Shown here: positions 40,861 to 51,600 of the stretch, piece by piece | Layout: every line of letters starts with the position of its first letter | How positions within the stretch are numbered: position 1 is the stretch's first letter | NCBI GenBank assembly: GCA_001275005.1 | Contig: JWZX01003364.1 | Coordinates: 1-64,000, forward strand | Source: Chrysochromulina tobinii | Taxonomy: Eukaryota | Length of the DNA: 64,000 nucleotides | Direction of reading: 5' to 3' | The notes under the pieces: generated by a model | Seen by the model: only the letters and a program-made list of their open reading frames with translations | What the model was told of the DNA's origin: nothing | Databases searched by the model: none | Position numbers and translations under genes: made by a program

Positions 40861-42756
40861 ATGGATGAGGCGGAGGAGCCAACGAAGCTGCGCAGCGAGT
40901 GGGTGCCGCCGCTCATTTCAATCGGCGCCGGTGGCGAGAGGATGTACAGTGCTGTGCGCGTTGGAACGGACACCTTTCACGTCAACGACACGGTGATCGT
41001 CCGTGTCGATGGGTTTGGGAGCGACCAGGTGGCACGCATTGAGGCGCTGTGGGAGGACGTCCGCGGTGCCAAATGGTGGGAGGGGCGCTGGTACTACACG
41101 CCAGAGGAGACGACGTGCGGCCGGCTCGTGGGCCACGATCCCCGCGAGCTCTTTGAGACCGTGCACGTCGACGAGAACCTCGTCGACACGATCGATTGCC
41201 ATTGTACGGTCATGGAGTGGGACGCGTACCAGCGCTGGCTCGACCAGCCGGCCGAGGACGACGACGAGGAGGAGACCACCTTTGCGTGCCGTGCCATGTA
41301 CCACGCGGGCTCGGGCGAGTTCGTCCCACTCACCGGAGCGAGTACGCTCGCCGAGGCGGCGCGCATCGGGGGTCGCCAGCTGCAGCTCCACAGCGCGCCG
41401 CCGGCCGCGGACGCGATGCGCGCGGCGCCGCAGTACGCCCCGAGGGCTTTTCGGGGCGAGCTCGGCTCCTCGGGTCTGCCCACCCTCGGCGCGGGGCGCA
41501 AGCGTCGCCTCGGGCGCTTCTCGGAGGCAGCGGCGCGCCTGGCGCCGTCGGCAGTGCCCGAACGCATGCCATGCCGTGAGAAGGAGCGCGCCGAGGTGAT
41601 CGCGACGCTGCGTGCGGCCGTGCTCGAGGGCGCGCTCGGCGGCTCCCTGTACATCTCGGGCACCCCAGGCACCGGAAAGACCGCCACCGTGCACCAGGCG
41701 CTGCGTGAGCTCACTGCAGACCGAACGCTCCAGTTCCGCTCGATTTTTGTCAACGGCATGAAGATGTCGACGCCCTTCCAGGTGTACGCGCTGCTGTGGG
41801 AGGGGCTGACGGGGCAGGCGGTCAAGCCCAGCCGCGCCCTCGAGCTGCTCGAGAGGCGCTTCGCCGCGCCGACGACGAGTCGCTTGTCCTTCAGCAAAGC
41901 CGTCCAGCAGCGGCGCAAGGGCGCGAGTGAGAAGGTGATTCTCATCCTGGACGAGCTCGACTACCTCGTCACCTCGCGACAGTCGGTGCTGTACAATCTG
42001 TTTGAGTGGTCGACGCGCGCGAACGCGGCGCTGGTGGTGGTGGGGATCTCGAACACGATGGACCTGCCCGAGCGGCTGCTCCCTCGCGTGGAGTCCCGCC
42101 TCAACATCCGACGGGTCAACTTCCATCCGTACGATCGCTCGGCTTTGGAATCGATCATCACCGACCGGCTGGGGACGCTTGACGCCTTTGCTGCTGGTGA
42201 CGGTGGCCTCGAGCTCTGCGCGCGAAAGGTCGCGTCGGTCACTGGCGACGTGCGGCGCGCGCTAGAGGTCTGCCGACTCGCCACACAGATCGCCGAGAGG
42301 GAGGAGGCGGCCGCGCACAGCGAGCGGGCGAGCGAAGGTGGCAAGGGAGCAGCGCGCCAAGCGCCGACGCACGTGACGATCGCCCACATCGAGGAGGCGC
42401 ACAAGCAACTTCGAGGCTCGGCGCTGCTGCTGGCTGTGCAGGGGGCCCCTCCGCAGCTCAAGCTGATGCTTGCGGCGATGGTGCTCCTTCTCGAGCGCAC
42501 CGGCCGCTCGGAGGTCGATCGTACCACGCTGCGCGGCCGCCACAGGGACCTCTGCGAGCGGCTGTACGCCCCGGAGGACTTCCCGGTGCTCCAGATCCCC
42601 GAGCAGAACGAGGCCATTGCAAGGCTGTGTGCGGCACGTCTGCTCGAGCCTGCGGGGAGTGCGGCGATCGGCACACTGCGTCTCACTGCGCCGCTCGACG
42701 ATGTCAAGCACTATGTGCGAGAGCACCCTCGACTCGAGCACCTCTTCCCGAGATAG
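40861..42756 (+). CDS. ORC1: Origin recognition complex subunit 1 (BAH and AAA+)
   Basis: BAH: VARIEALWED...RWYYTPEET...ELF. Walker A SLYISGTPGTGKT and Walker B ILDELD. QSVLYNLFEW, ISNTMDLPERL and ARKVASVTGDVRRALEVCR. Confidence 0.93.
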   Translation: MDEAEEPTKLRSEWVPPLISIGAGGERMYSAVRVGTDTFHVNDTVIVRVDGFGSDQVARIEALWEDVRGAKWWEGRWYYTPEETTCGRLVGHDPRELFETVHVDENLVDTIDCHCTVMEWDAYQRWLDQPAEDDDEEETTFACRAMYHAGSGEFVPLTGASTLAEAARIGGRQLQLHSAPPAADAMRAAPQYAPRAFRGELGSSGLPTLGAGRKRRLGRFSEAAARLAPSAVPERMPCREKERAEVIATLRAAVLEGALGGSLYISGTPGTGKTATVHQALRELTADRTLQFRSIFVNGMKMSTPFQVYALLWEGLTGQAVKPSRALELLERRFAAPTTSRLSFSKAVQQRRKGASEKVILILDELDYLVTSRQSVLYNLFEWSTRANAALVVVGISNTMDLPERLLPRVESRLNIRRVNFHPYDRSALESIITDRLGTLDAFAAGDGGLELCARKVASVTGDVRRALEVCRLATQIAEREEAAAHSERASEGGKGAARQAPTHVTIAHIEEAHKQLRGSALLLAVQGAPPQLKLMLAAMVLLLERTGRSEVDRTTLRGRHRDLCERLYAPEDFPVLQIPEQNEAIARLCAARLLEPAGSAAIGTLRLTAPLDDVKHYVREHPRLEHLFPR

Positions 42757-43182
42757 GCGCCGTGGCGAGTACGTCGCGAGCATCGAAGCGGCATCACGCA
42801 GGGGGTCGGCGCAGCGAAAGATTGGCTCGACATCGCGATAAAATGTGTACGGGTGTACGGCGTGCATCGGAGCATAGGATTCGTACCGCAGTATAAAGAG
42901 TAAACGTAGCGCCGTAGGAGATTCGTACAGTAAACTCTAGCTCGCTGGACCCAGTCCGTGTTCTGTGCTTCTGTCATCTACCGACGAGGGGCGCATGTGA
43001 AGGGGCGCATACTCGATGAGCCGTGCGTGTCGCGTGCCACACCGCGCGGAGGTTCCCGTCCCAAACTTATCGCTGTCAAACCTGGGGAGCACCGTCCCAA
43101 ACTGAGGAGCAACGTCCCTTCAAACTGGGGAGCAGAGTCACGCGAGCGGGCCCGCCCCTGCGCACCTCTATGTATGGCAACT

Positions 43183-44388
43183 TCACGAGGTCCGGCAGTG
43201 CGGATGATCGCCGTCGCACGAGCACGACCGGCTCGGCGGTTCTGCGGGCGCCGTGCCCCGTACCTCGACCATGCTCTCGCCGCCCGTCGCGCCGCTCCGA
43301 AGTCGATGAGAAAGCGACGAGGCGCATCGCATGGGGTTGATGTCGATGCCGAGCGCGTCCAGGCCCCATGCATTCGCCATAGCGAGCACCGAACCATGGC
43401 CGACAAATGGATCGAGTACAAGCGCCGGCGCGTCCGACTCACATTCTGGCAGCAAGGTGCCTACTGCCGCCGCCGCCGCCGCTGCTGCTGCTGCAAGCGC
43501 CGAGGCCTCTGAGCGTGTCCCGACCTCACGCCCGACCTCGGCCTCAGCGACGGCGGCAGTGGAGGTGGTGGTGGCGGCGGCGCAGCCTTCCTCCTCGGCG
43601 CTTACCTCGGCGCTTACCTCGGCGCTGACCTCGGCGCTGACCTCGGCGCTGACCTCGGCGCGCGCCGTGCGCGGCCGGAGCCGCTCCGCGCCGACCACAA
43701 ACGCGAGCGCCTCCGCGCAAGCCGCCTCGCCCATCGCGCCTGCGTAGCTCATGTGGCCACGTGTGGGAAGGACGTCGCTCCACTGCATCGCGCCGCGTGG
43801 CGGGCGCAGCGCACGCGAGAAGCACTGCAGGTGCGCGTACGACGGGCGAACGTGGGCGCCGCGGGCAAGGCCGAGCGGACCGGCGCACACGATGCGATGG
43901 AAGAGGCAGGCCGCGCCTGCGGCTTGCGCGCCACGGTGACAGAGGTACGACTTGTCCAGGTACGTGCCGTCCACGCCCGAGCTGCGCCCGTCGGTCTGGT
44001 AGAAGATGGCCACCGAGTGTGGATCGAGCGCGCTCAACAGGAGACGCACGACCTCTGTAAACCACTCCTCGTACTCGGCCGGCGCAAGGCGCGGCTTAAG
44101 CTCGCCGATGTCGGGCAGCGACGTGACGACGTGGCAGCGCCGTGGCAGTGCACCTTGCTGCTGAAGCCAACTGACGGCCTCCGAGCAGCGCACGGTGCGT
44201 AGCACGCCGCCCCGCAGCTCGGAGCCGAGACAGCGATATGCGCCTCTGTAGTGAGAGCCGCCGTCTGCACCGTCGAAAAAGGAGCTCGCCTCCTCATTGA
44301 AGATGCGATTCGCGCCGGCTGAGGTTGAGCTCGAGTGTCGCTGAGGCTCCTCCTGCACGGGGCTCGACCACTCGCCGTCGTCGTTCAT
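43183..44388 (-). CDS. Beta-class amino-(N6A/N4C) methyltransferase-like protein
   Basis: VVTSLPD sits in the motif-IV position, upstream of C-terminal motif I VLDPFVGHGSVLAMANAWGLDALGIDI. AIFYQTD and SYAHLQCFS are also present. Confidence 0.7.
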   Translation of the reverse strand: MNDDGEWSSPVQEEPQRHSSSTSAGANRIFNEEASSFFDGADGGSHYRGAYRCLGSELRGGVLRTVRCSEAVSWLQQQGALPRRCHVVTSLPDIGELKPRLAPAEYEEWFTEVVRLLLSALDPHSVAIFYQTDGRSSGVDGTYLDKSYLCHRGAQAAGAACLFHRIVCAGPLGLARGAHVRPSYAHLQCFSRALRPPRGAMQWSDVLPTRGHMSYAGAMGEAACAEALAFVVGAERLRPRTARAEVSAEVSAEVSAEVSAEVSAEEEGCAAATTTSTAAVAEAEVGREVGTRSEASALAAAAAAAAAAVGTLLPECESDAPALVLDPFVGHGSVLAMANAWGLDALGIDINPMRCASSLSHRLRSGATGGESMVEVRGTAPAEPPSRSCSCDGDHPHCRTS

Positions 44389-44464
44389 GGGCGCCTCACG
44401 AAAAAGGTCAGTCCACAACTCGCGAATAATTCACAGCTCACCATCACATACCATTTCACACATA

Positions 44465-44989
44465 GTAAACTTTCACACTCGCAACCACCTACATACGACT
44501 CGAAGTCGGTGTGATGGGTGGCGAGCATGGCGACGAGGAGCAGGCGGACGGAGCAGCAGCGCATGCAAAATGCCTGCGAGTGCGCTAACGAAAGACCTGC
44601 GAGACCCGGAAGTGCCCAGCTCAGAGTAAACGAATGGTTTTTCCTTTTTTATCGAGTAAGGACACGAACACTCTGGAATTTGGTCACATACTAGCTAGCA
44701 GCTGTACAGTAAACTTTCACACTCGCAACCACCTACATTGAGAAAGGGTCAGTTGAATCACCTACATTGTAACCTGACTTGGACATTCACAGGTCCTTCA
44801 GGTCGTAAAGAAGTCAAGTCAAGTCAAGTCCAGAAAGAAAGACACCACTCGGCCTTTCACAAATACACCGACATTCACACGAGTTTGAGGTTATGAAATG
44901 GCGAAACAGGTTGTAATGAAAGACACCACTCGGCCTATCGGCCTTTCACAAATACACCGACATTCACACGTGTGAGGTTATGAAATGGC
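44465..44989. repeat. Two pairs of local direct repeats in a divergent promoter region
   Basis: GTAAACTTTCACACTCGCAACCACCTACAT at ~44465 and ~44710. AAAGACACCACTCGGCC...GAGGTTATGAAATGGCG at ~44838-44903 and ~44919-44989. Confidence 0.8.
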
Positions 44990-45323
44990 GCAGCAGTTAG
45001 CAACAGCTCGTTTCGGTCCCCCATCTGCCAGGATTGTGAACGTATTCACTGGATCGATCGAACTCCTGCCCATCCCGAGGAGCCAATTTTATCCATGGAT
45101 TCTCGACGTCCTCTGGACGTTTGATCTATTTAAGAGTGGGAAATCCGCAAAAAGCGATTACGAAAGTAGAACATGTACCGGTAAGGTTTCCGAATTTCGA
45201 AACGAATCTCGATTGCATCGAAGCGGAAGCAGCACAAAAGTTAGCACAGCCAACGCGTGCGCCCGCTCCTGCAGGGGTACAAGTTCGGCCGTCCGGCTCA
45301 TCGCAACCCAACCTCTCCCGAGC

Positions 45324-46271
45324 ATGGCGGAGGCCGCACCCGTACAACAGTTCAAAGTGCTCGTCGGCGAAGCGACAATCGTACTCAAGGGGGAGGACCG
45401 ATCGGCGACGCGCATGGCCACGATTCAAGGAGAGCCTCTGACAATCGCGCTAGTTGCCGACGGGCACGGCGGTAAGGCCGCTGCGGAGTACTGCGCGAAA
45501 ACTGTGATCGATGGTTTCCTCAAGGCGCTCGGCGAGGGGCAGGCTGTCGAGGGCGGGGCAGCAACTCCCGACGGGCGGGCGCTGCCGGACGGGAAGCACA
45601 TCCGCGCAGCTGGGCGGCAGGCATTCCTCCAGGCGCACAAGATGTTGCACTCGGATGAGATGGCCACGACGGCAGGCACCACGCTCACCATGATCGTGGT
45701 GAACTCTGATCGTGCCGAGATCACCATGTTGCACGACGGTGACAGTGTGGCACGACTCGTCCCGCGTAAGTCGCCCGGGGTAGCTCTCTGCGAAGAGCAC
45801 CGACTCGAAGCGTCCGAAGCAGAGCGCACGCGGGTGCGCAGTCTGGGCGGCCAGCTCGCGCACGCCCAGGACAAGTACGGCCGGCCGGCGGGCCCCTTGC
45901 GCCTTTGGCCGGGCGGCGTGGCCCAGGCCCGTGCGATTGGAGACAAGGACGTTGGCCACTTCATTGAGCCCATGCCCTTTGCTCGCTCGTACAAGCTGCC
46001 GGAAAAGGAGTCGTGCGCAATCGTCGCCTGCTCCGACGGCGTGTGGGATGTTCTCTTGCCGCCGGCAGTGGACGGCCTCGTGAGGCAATGTCTACAATGC
46101 CAGCCCGAAACGACCGCGAATCTGATCATCACCTCAGCCCTGACACAGAGTAACGCGTACAGCAGCTCTGGGGATCAAATACCAAAGGATGACACCACCT
46201 GCATCGTGATTCGCGTCGAGCACGCCGACGACCCATTGACCCCGGACGCGAGCTGCTGCGTCGTGCTCTGA
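45324..46271 (+). CDS. Protein phosphatase 2C
   Basis: KGED, VADGHGG, AGTT, GDS, GVAQARAIGD, CSDGVWD and KDDTTC. The C-terminal CCVVL is a possible prenylation signal. Confidence 0.93.
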   Translation: MAEAAPVQQFKVLVGEATIVLKGEDRSATRMATIQGEPLTIALVADGHGGKAAAEYCAKTVIDGFLKALGEGQAVEGGAATPDGRALPDGKHIRAAGRQAFLQAHKMLHSDEMATTAGTTLTMIVVNSDRAEITMLHDGDSVARLVPRKSPGVALCEEHRLEASEAERTRVRSLGGQLAHAQDKYGRPAGPLRLWPGGVAQARAIGDKDVGHFIEPMPFARSYKLPEKESCAIVACSDGVWDVLLPPAVDGLVRQCLQCQPETTANLIITSALTQSNAYSSSGDQIPKDDTTCIVIRVEHADDPLTPDASCCVVL

Positions 46272-47084
46272 GTGACAAAACGGGCCTCCGATGGCCTCCG
46301 AATGGGCTCCATGGTGGGCGCCGTGGGCGGGTCCATGAATTCCCCACATGAATTCGCGATGGCTTTCGGCCGGCCGCAGTGGTTCCCCATGCTCATCGTG
46401 GGAGAAGCCGCTATCGACGCGTTGTGATCTGTGTCTGTCGGGACAAAGAAGAGCCAGACGTGGGGAGACGATCGAGCGTAAGAGCAGTCAGGACCACGGG
46501 GCCGCCACACAGAGGGGCCCCTCACTGACGCTGGCACACTGTGCGCTCGCTGAGTGTGAGCCGCCGTTAACCGCCCGGGGCCGCTCACACCGTACGTCAG
46601 TCATCGCAGCACACTGGCACATCAGCCGCTCAACGAGTGGCGGTTGGTTATGTACACTTGGATGCATGGGCGGTTGAACACGGTTTAGTTTTGTGTAGTT
46701 TTATTTAATTCGGCCGGGGACATGCACATGGCCGGGGAGCGGAAGCCAGGCCGAGAAGTGCATACACGGCCCTCAAGGGCACGGTGCCAAGGGCCGGAGA
46801 GGAGAGATTTGTAACTGACCAAGCTTCAAGAGCTGTACCGTACACATTGGCACTTGGCACGTTGGCAGGACCCAAGGCCGAAGGCGCGCCCGAGCGCGGA
46901 TACTTATCCGTTATCGCGAGGAATCGGGTGCCGTGCTCTCGCAGGACTACACATGTCATTACTATGCTATCGAACTATGTTGCTACATGCTCGCGACGCT
47001 TGAGTTCACACAAGAAAGTGCGAGCACCTGCCTAATTTCGAAGTTGGCGCGCGCGGCGGGCGCTCGTGCTCGTGCTTCGAAGCA

Positions 47085-48618
47085 TTAGCGGTTCCATCCG
47101 GCGAAGCTCTGTCGACCGCGCAGGCGGCGCTGCTCCTCGTCGAGTGGCGCTGCGTACGCGAGCGGCGAGTGACCAGCGGGCGTGGGCATACTCACATGAG
47201 GCGGCGACATCGGCTGCGGTGTGGCGCGGTGGCGCAGTGGGGAGGTGGACGCGACGCTCACCCCTGGAGGATGCGCCACTGGCACCCCGACGCACCGGGG
47301 AGCCTGACGCGCAGCCTGACGGGGAGCCGAGCGCGTTGGCTCCAGCGGTCCTACGGGCGATGAGGCAGCCTTGACAGTCGGCGACGACGCGAGCGACGCG
47401 CCCGCCCAAGACGACGCGAGCGACGCGTCCGCCCAAGACGACGCGATCGACGCGTCTGCCCAAGACGACGCGAGCGACGCGTCCGCCGATGCCTTCATGA
47501 CGAGCGCCTCGAGGAGCTGATCCTGGCGCGCCGCGTGCTCACGACGGCGCTTGAGCGCCTCGACCTCGGCGTTCGCCTCGTCGATGCGCTCGCATCTCGA
47601 GCCTCGAGATGCGAGCGCCGTCTTGGGCGCCGCCGCGGGCGCCGCGGGCTTGGGCGGCGAGGGCGCCGTATTGGGCGCTGGGCGGCGCGCAGGGTAGGGC
47701 CCCTCGCCCGTGGGTGCCCAAGACGGCGCTGAGGAGGTCCCCTGACCCGTGGGTGCCCAAGACGGCGCTGAGGAGGTCCCCTCACCCGTGGGTGCCCAAG
47801 ACGGCGCTGATGAGGTCCCCTGACCCGTGGGTGCGCCCGTGGGTGCCCAAGACGGCGCGACCGTGGGTGCCCAAGACGGCGCTGAGGAGGTCCCCTCGCC
47901 CGTGGGTGCGCCCGTGGGTGCCCAAGACGGCGCGCCCGTGGGTGCGCCCGTCGCCACCTCGGTGCTCTCAAGCCCGTGCTCGGCGCCGTCTTGGGCGCGC
48001 CCACCATGACGCCCACCGTACCCGAAGCCGACGACGGCAAGGGGAGTGTACAGGAACTCATCGAGGGTGCGCATGTCGAGCAGCTCGCGTGCGACTCGAA
48101 GCTCGCCCTCGTGCTTCATCCTAGTCGCCTCCCGCTCCGCTCCATCGATGAGGCTCCGTACGTCCTCCATGGTCGGCTCCTTCGCCTCCGCGGGTGCCCA
48201 AGACGGCGCTCCCGCGGGTGCCCAAGACGGCGCACCCGCGGCCTCCCGCCGCGCCTCGTCCCCTGCCACACCCCACCCGCTCGAGCGCCGTGCTGAGCGC
48301 CGCGCTCGCTCGGCCTCATCGTGCGCCTCCCGCCGCCCGAGCGCCGTACTGAGCGCCGCCCGCTCCTCCGCCGCCTCGGCCTCGGCTTCGACCAGCCGTT
48401 GGCGCTCCTCGAGACCTGCCTCGCGTCGCCTCGCCCCCTCTAACGCCTCGACGGCGGCCTGGAGCTCGGACTGCTGTGTCCAGAGCTCGCCTTCGGCAAG
48501 CTTCGCACGTGCCCTCTCCCGCGCGAGCTGCTGCTTGAGCGCCGTCACGAGCGCCGTCACGTCCGCTGGCAGCGCGCCCTCCGCCGCCTTTGGCACCTCC
48601 CCGGCGCTGATGTCCTCT

Positions 48619-48656
<38 letters not shown>

Positions 48657-51600
48657 CTTCGTCGGCAAGACGTCGTCGGACGGCGTGGGCGGCAGCACGC
48701 GCGCCTCAGGGGGCAGCTTGATGAGCTTCGTCACGTCCGCGAGCAGCTTGGCACACAGTCGTCGGAGGACGCGCCCCTCGAGCTCCGCGCCCGCGCCCAG
48801 CCTCGACAGCTCCTCGAGCTCCCGCAGCAACGGCTCGTACCCAAGCCGGACCACCGGTAAAGTGAGCTCATCCCCCGTCGGCAGCAGGTGCTGCAGCTCG
48901 GCAGCCGCGCGCACCTCGGCCGACACGGCGGCGGCGGCGAGCTCATGCGAGCTCTCGAGCAACAAGGCGAGCTCCTCGATCGAGAGAGACGCGCGCACGC
49001 GCCGCGCGCGTGGCCGCGTGCGCAGCTGCCGCGCCGACGCGACCAGTCGCGCCGTCTCGAGCGTCGCGTCGAGCTCGCCTTCGGAGATCGAGCCGATCCC
49101 AAGGCACGTGGTCAGGCAGTCGCCCGCTACGGCGCGCCACAGCAGCCGGGTGAGCGTCGTGCTGAGCGCGGCCTGGCGCGCCGCCCGCGCCGCCTGCTCG
49201 GCCTTGGCGCCCGCGACGGCGCCCGTCGCCGCCTGTCGCGAGACGCGCAGCAGCTCCCCGAGCGCCGCGAGCGCCGTGCTGAGCGCGGTCGCCTCGGCGA
49301 GCTCCTGGCGCGTCGTGCTCGGATGCAGCCGGGCGAGCGGTTGGGCGCCGTGATGGGCGCCGGGATGGGCGCCGTGGTGGGCGGAGGCCTTCGGGGGCTG
49401 GTTGGGCGCCGAGATGGGCGCCGTGATGGGCGTGGCCCACGGTGCGGCGCGTCGTAGTAACGCGCCGGTTGGCTTGAGTGGCGACGTGGCGCCTGACGAG
49501 GCTGACGAGATTGACGAGATTGACGAGATTGACGTGGCCGACGTGGCCGGGAGCGGACGGGGCACATCCCACAACGTGAGCTGCGCCGTCGTCGTGTCGC
49601 CATCGAGGGCGGTGCTCGTCACATCGAACACGAGCGCCACAGGCGCGCAGAGCGGAGGTGCAGGCACGCCGCTTGAGCTTCCACACGGACTTCCACACGG
49701 TGAGGATGGCGCACCTGCAGGCAGCCGCCGGCGACGGCCAAGCGCCATGGCGAGCACCTCGGCGACCTCAAACGGTGACTGCACGCCCACCCGTGCGAGT
49801 CCGACAGGCCAGGCAAACATGGCGCCGCTGCCAGCCCCGCTGCCAGCGCCACCGCCGCCGCTCGTGCCGGCTGGCGAGGCGAACATGGTGTCGCCCGCCG
49901 CCACGGCGCTCCATTCTCGCAGCTCTAAGAACGGTGCCGCCGCGCCGCCCGCGCCGCCGCGGGCGCCGCCACCGCTCGTGTGCGGCGGCGCGAGCGGCGG
50001 TGAGGATGGCGGCGAGCGGATGCGCGAGCGGCCGCCGCCTCCGTGGTCGACTGGTGAGAGATCGGGAGGAGATCGGAGGAGATCGGGAGGAGATTGGAGG
50101 AGATCGGGAGGAGATTGGAGGAGATCGACGACGCCGGCGCCGAGGACTTGGAACGCACTGCATTCGAGGCGCCACGTCCCACGTCCCGCATGGCCGCCCC
50201 GGCTGGCCTCGCCTTCGCCCCGGTCGCCATCGCCACTACCGCCCTCACCCTCGTGGGCGCCCTCGTGGGCGCCGCCCACTGATGACGTCGTCATCAGCCC
50301 CGAGTGCCACCGGCTCGCCTCGCTCAGGAGCTCCGCGGCGATCAAGCCGGCGAGCCCGCACTTGTGCGCCGCGCCCGCCACGCCGTAACTCACGCCCGCA
50401 GCCCACGCGAGCGCCCCTTCTGAGCGGCTCGGGAACGCGAGCTCGCCAAAGAGAGCCACCGAGCCGCTCGCCGTGCTGTCGCCGAGGACGATCAAGTGGC
50501 CGCTCACGCCCCGCAGCGCCGCTCGCACCATCGGCTGCGCGAGCGTCGCGTAGTTGGCCACCGCGCCCCTCGCGCCCTCCTCGAGAATACGATCAAGCTC
50601 AACGGTCGCAGGCGCGGCGGGTGGCGCACGAATCTCGAGGCGGCTCGAGATCCAACGGAGCTGCCGGCCCGCGCGCGACGGCGCGCTCTGTCGCACCTCA
50701 AACGAAGACGGTCGCTGCAGAGAGAGGAAGCCTCGTATAGGCGCCACCTCGGCGCCGGCGAGCGTATACGGCGGCCACGGCAGCGCATCTGATCCGCTCT
50801 CGGTTCGGGGGCTCCGAGAGGAGGAGGGGCTGGCGTTGGAAGAGTAACGTAGGCCATGGAGGGCTTCGCGGGTGAGGGGGAGGAGCACGGAGAGGGAGGA
50901 GAGGAGCGCGGCGCTCGTGATGGCCCCCTCCTCTTCGCTCCATGCCGCCTGACGACGTTGCCGCCGCTGCCGCCGCCGCCGCGCGGCCACCGCGGCCGTC
51001 CCGACTGGCGCCGTGCTGTGAGAGGCACCTTCCATCAACCTCATCATCGTCCCATCAACCTCATCCTCGTCCTCGTCGCCCTCGTCCTCGCCGAGCCCCT
51101 CCTCGGATGGTAGCGCGCTCTCGAGCCGGCGCACGTACCGAAGGAGCGTATGCGCCGCGTGGGCGCGTCGTGCCTCCGAATCGGCCTTGGCCACGTCACC
51201 AAAGGCGAGCACGCGCTCGGCGGCGACCATCGGAGCCGTGGGTACGCTCACGTCGCCGCGTCGCAGTGCTGCCGCCTCGTCCGTCGTCGCGCTGCCAGCT
51301 GCATGGTGCGCGTCCCAAATCGCGGCCACGCCGCGCGCCACGCCACGCGCCGTCTCGGGCGCAGCCGTCGGCACGATCATCGATGCGGTAGGCGGTGCGA
51401 GGAGCGTCGCGCCCAGATAGAGGCCCATCTCGACTGGTGAGAGCCGGAGCAGCGCAGCCGCAGCGTCCACGGCGCTCACCTCGGAGGGCGCCGTGCCGGG
51501 CAGCACGCGTGCGATCAACGCGATGGCATCGGCCACAGTCGTCGCCTCGCCGATCCCGTCCCCGCCACCGTCCCCGCCACCGTCGGCGACCGTTACGTCC

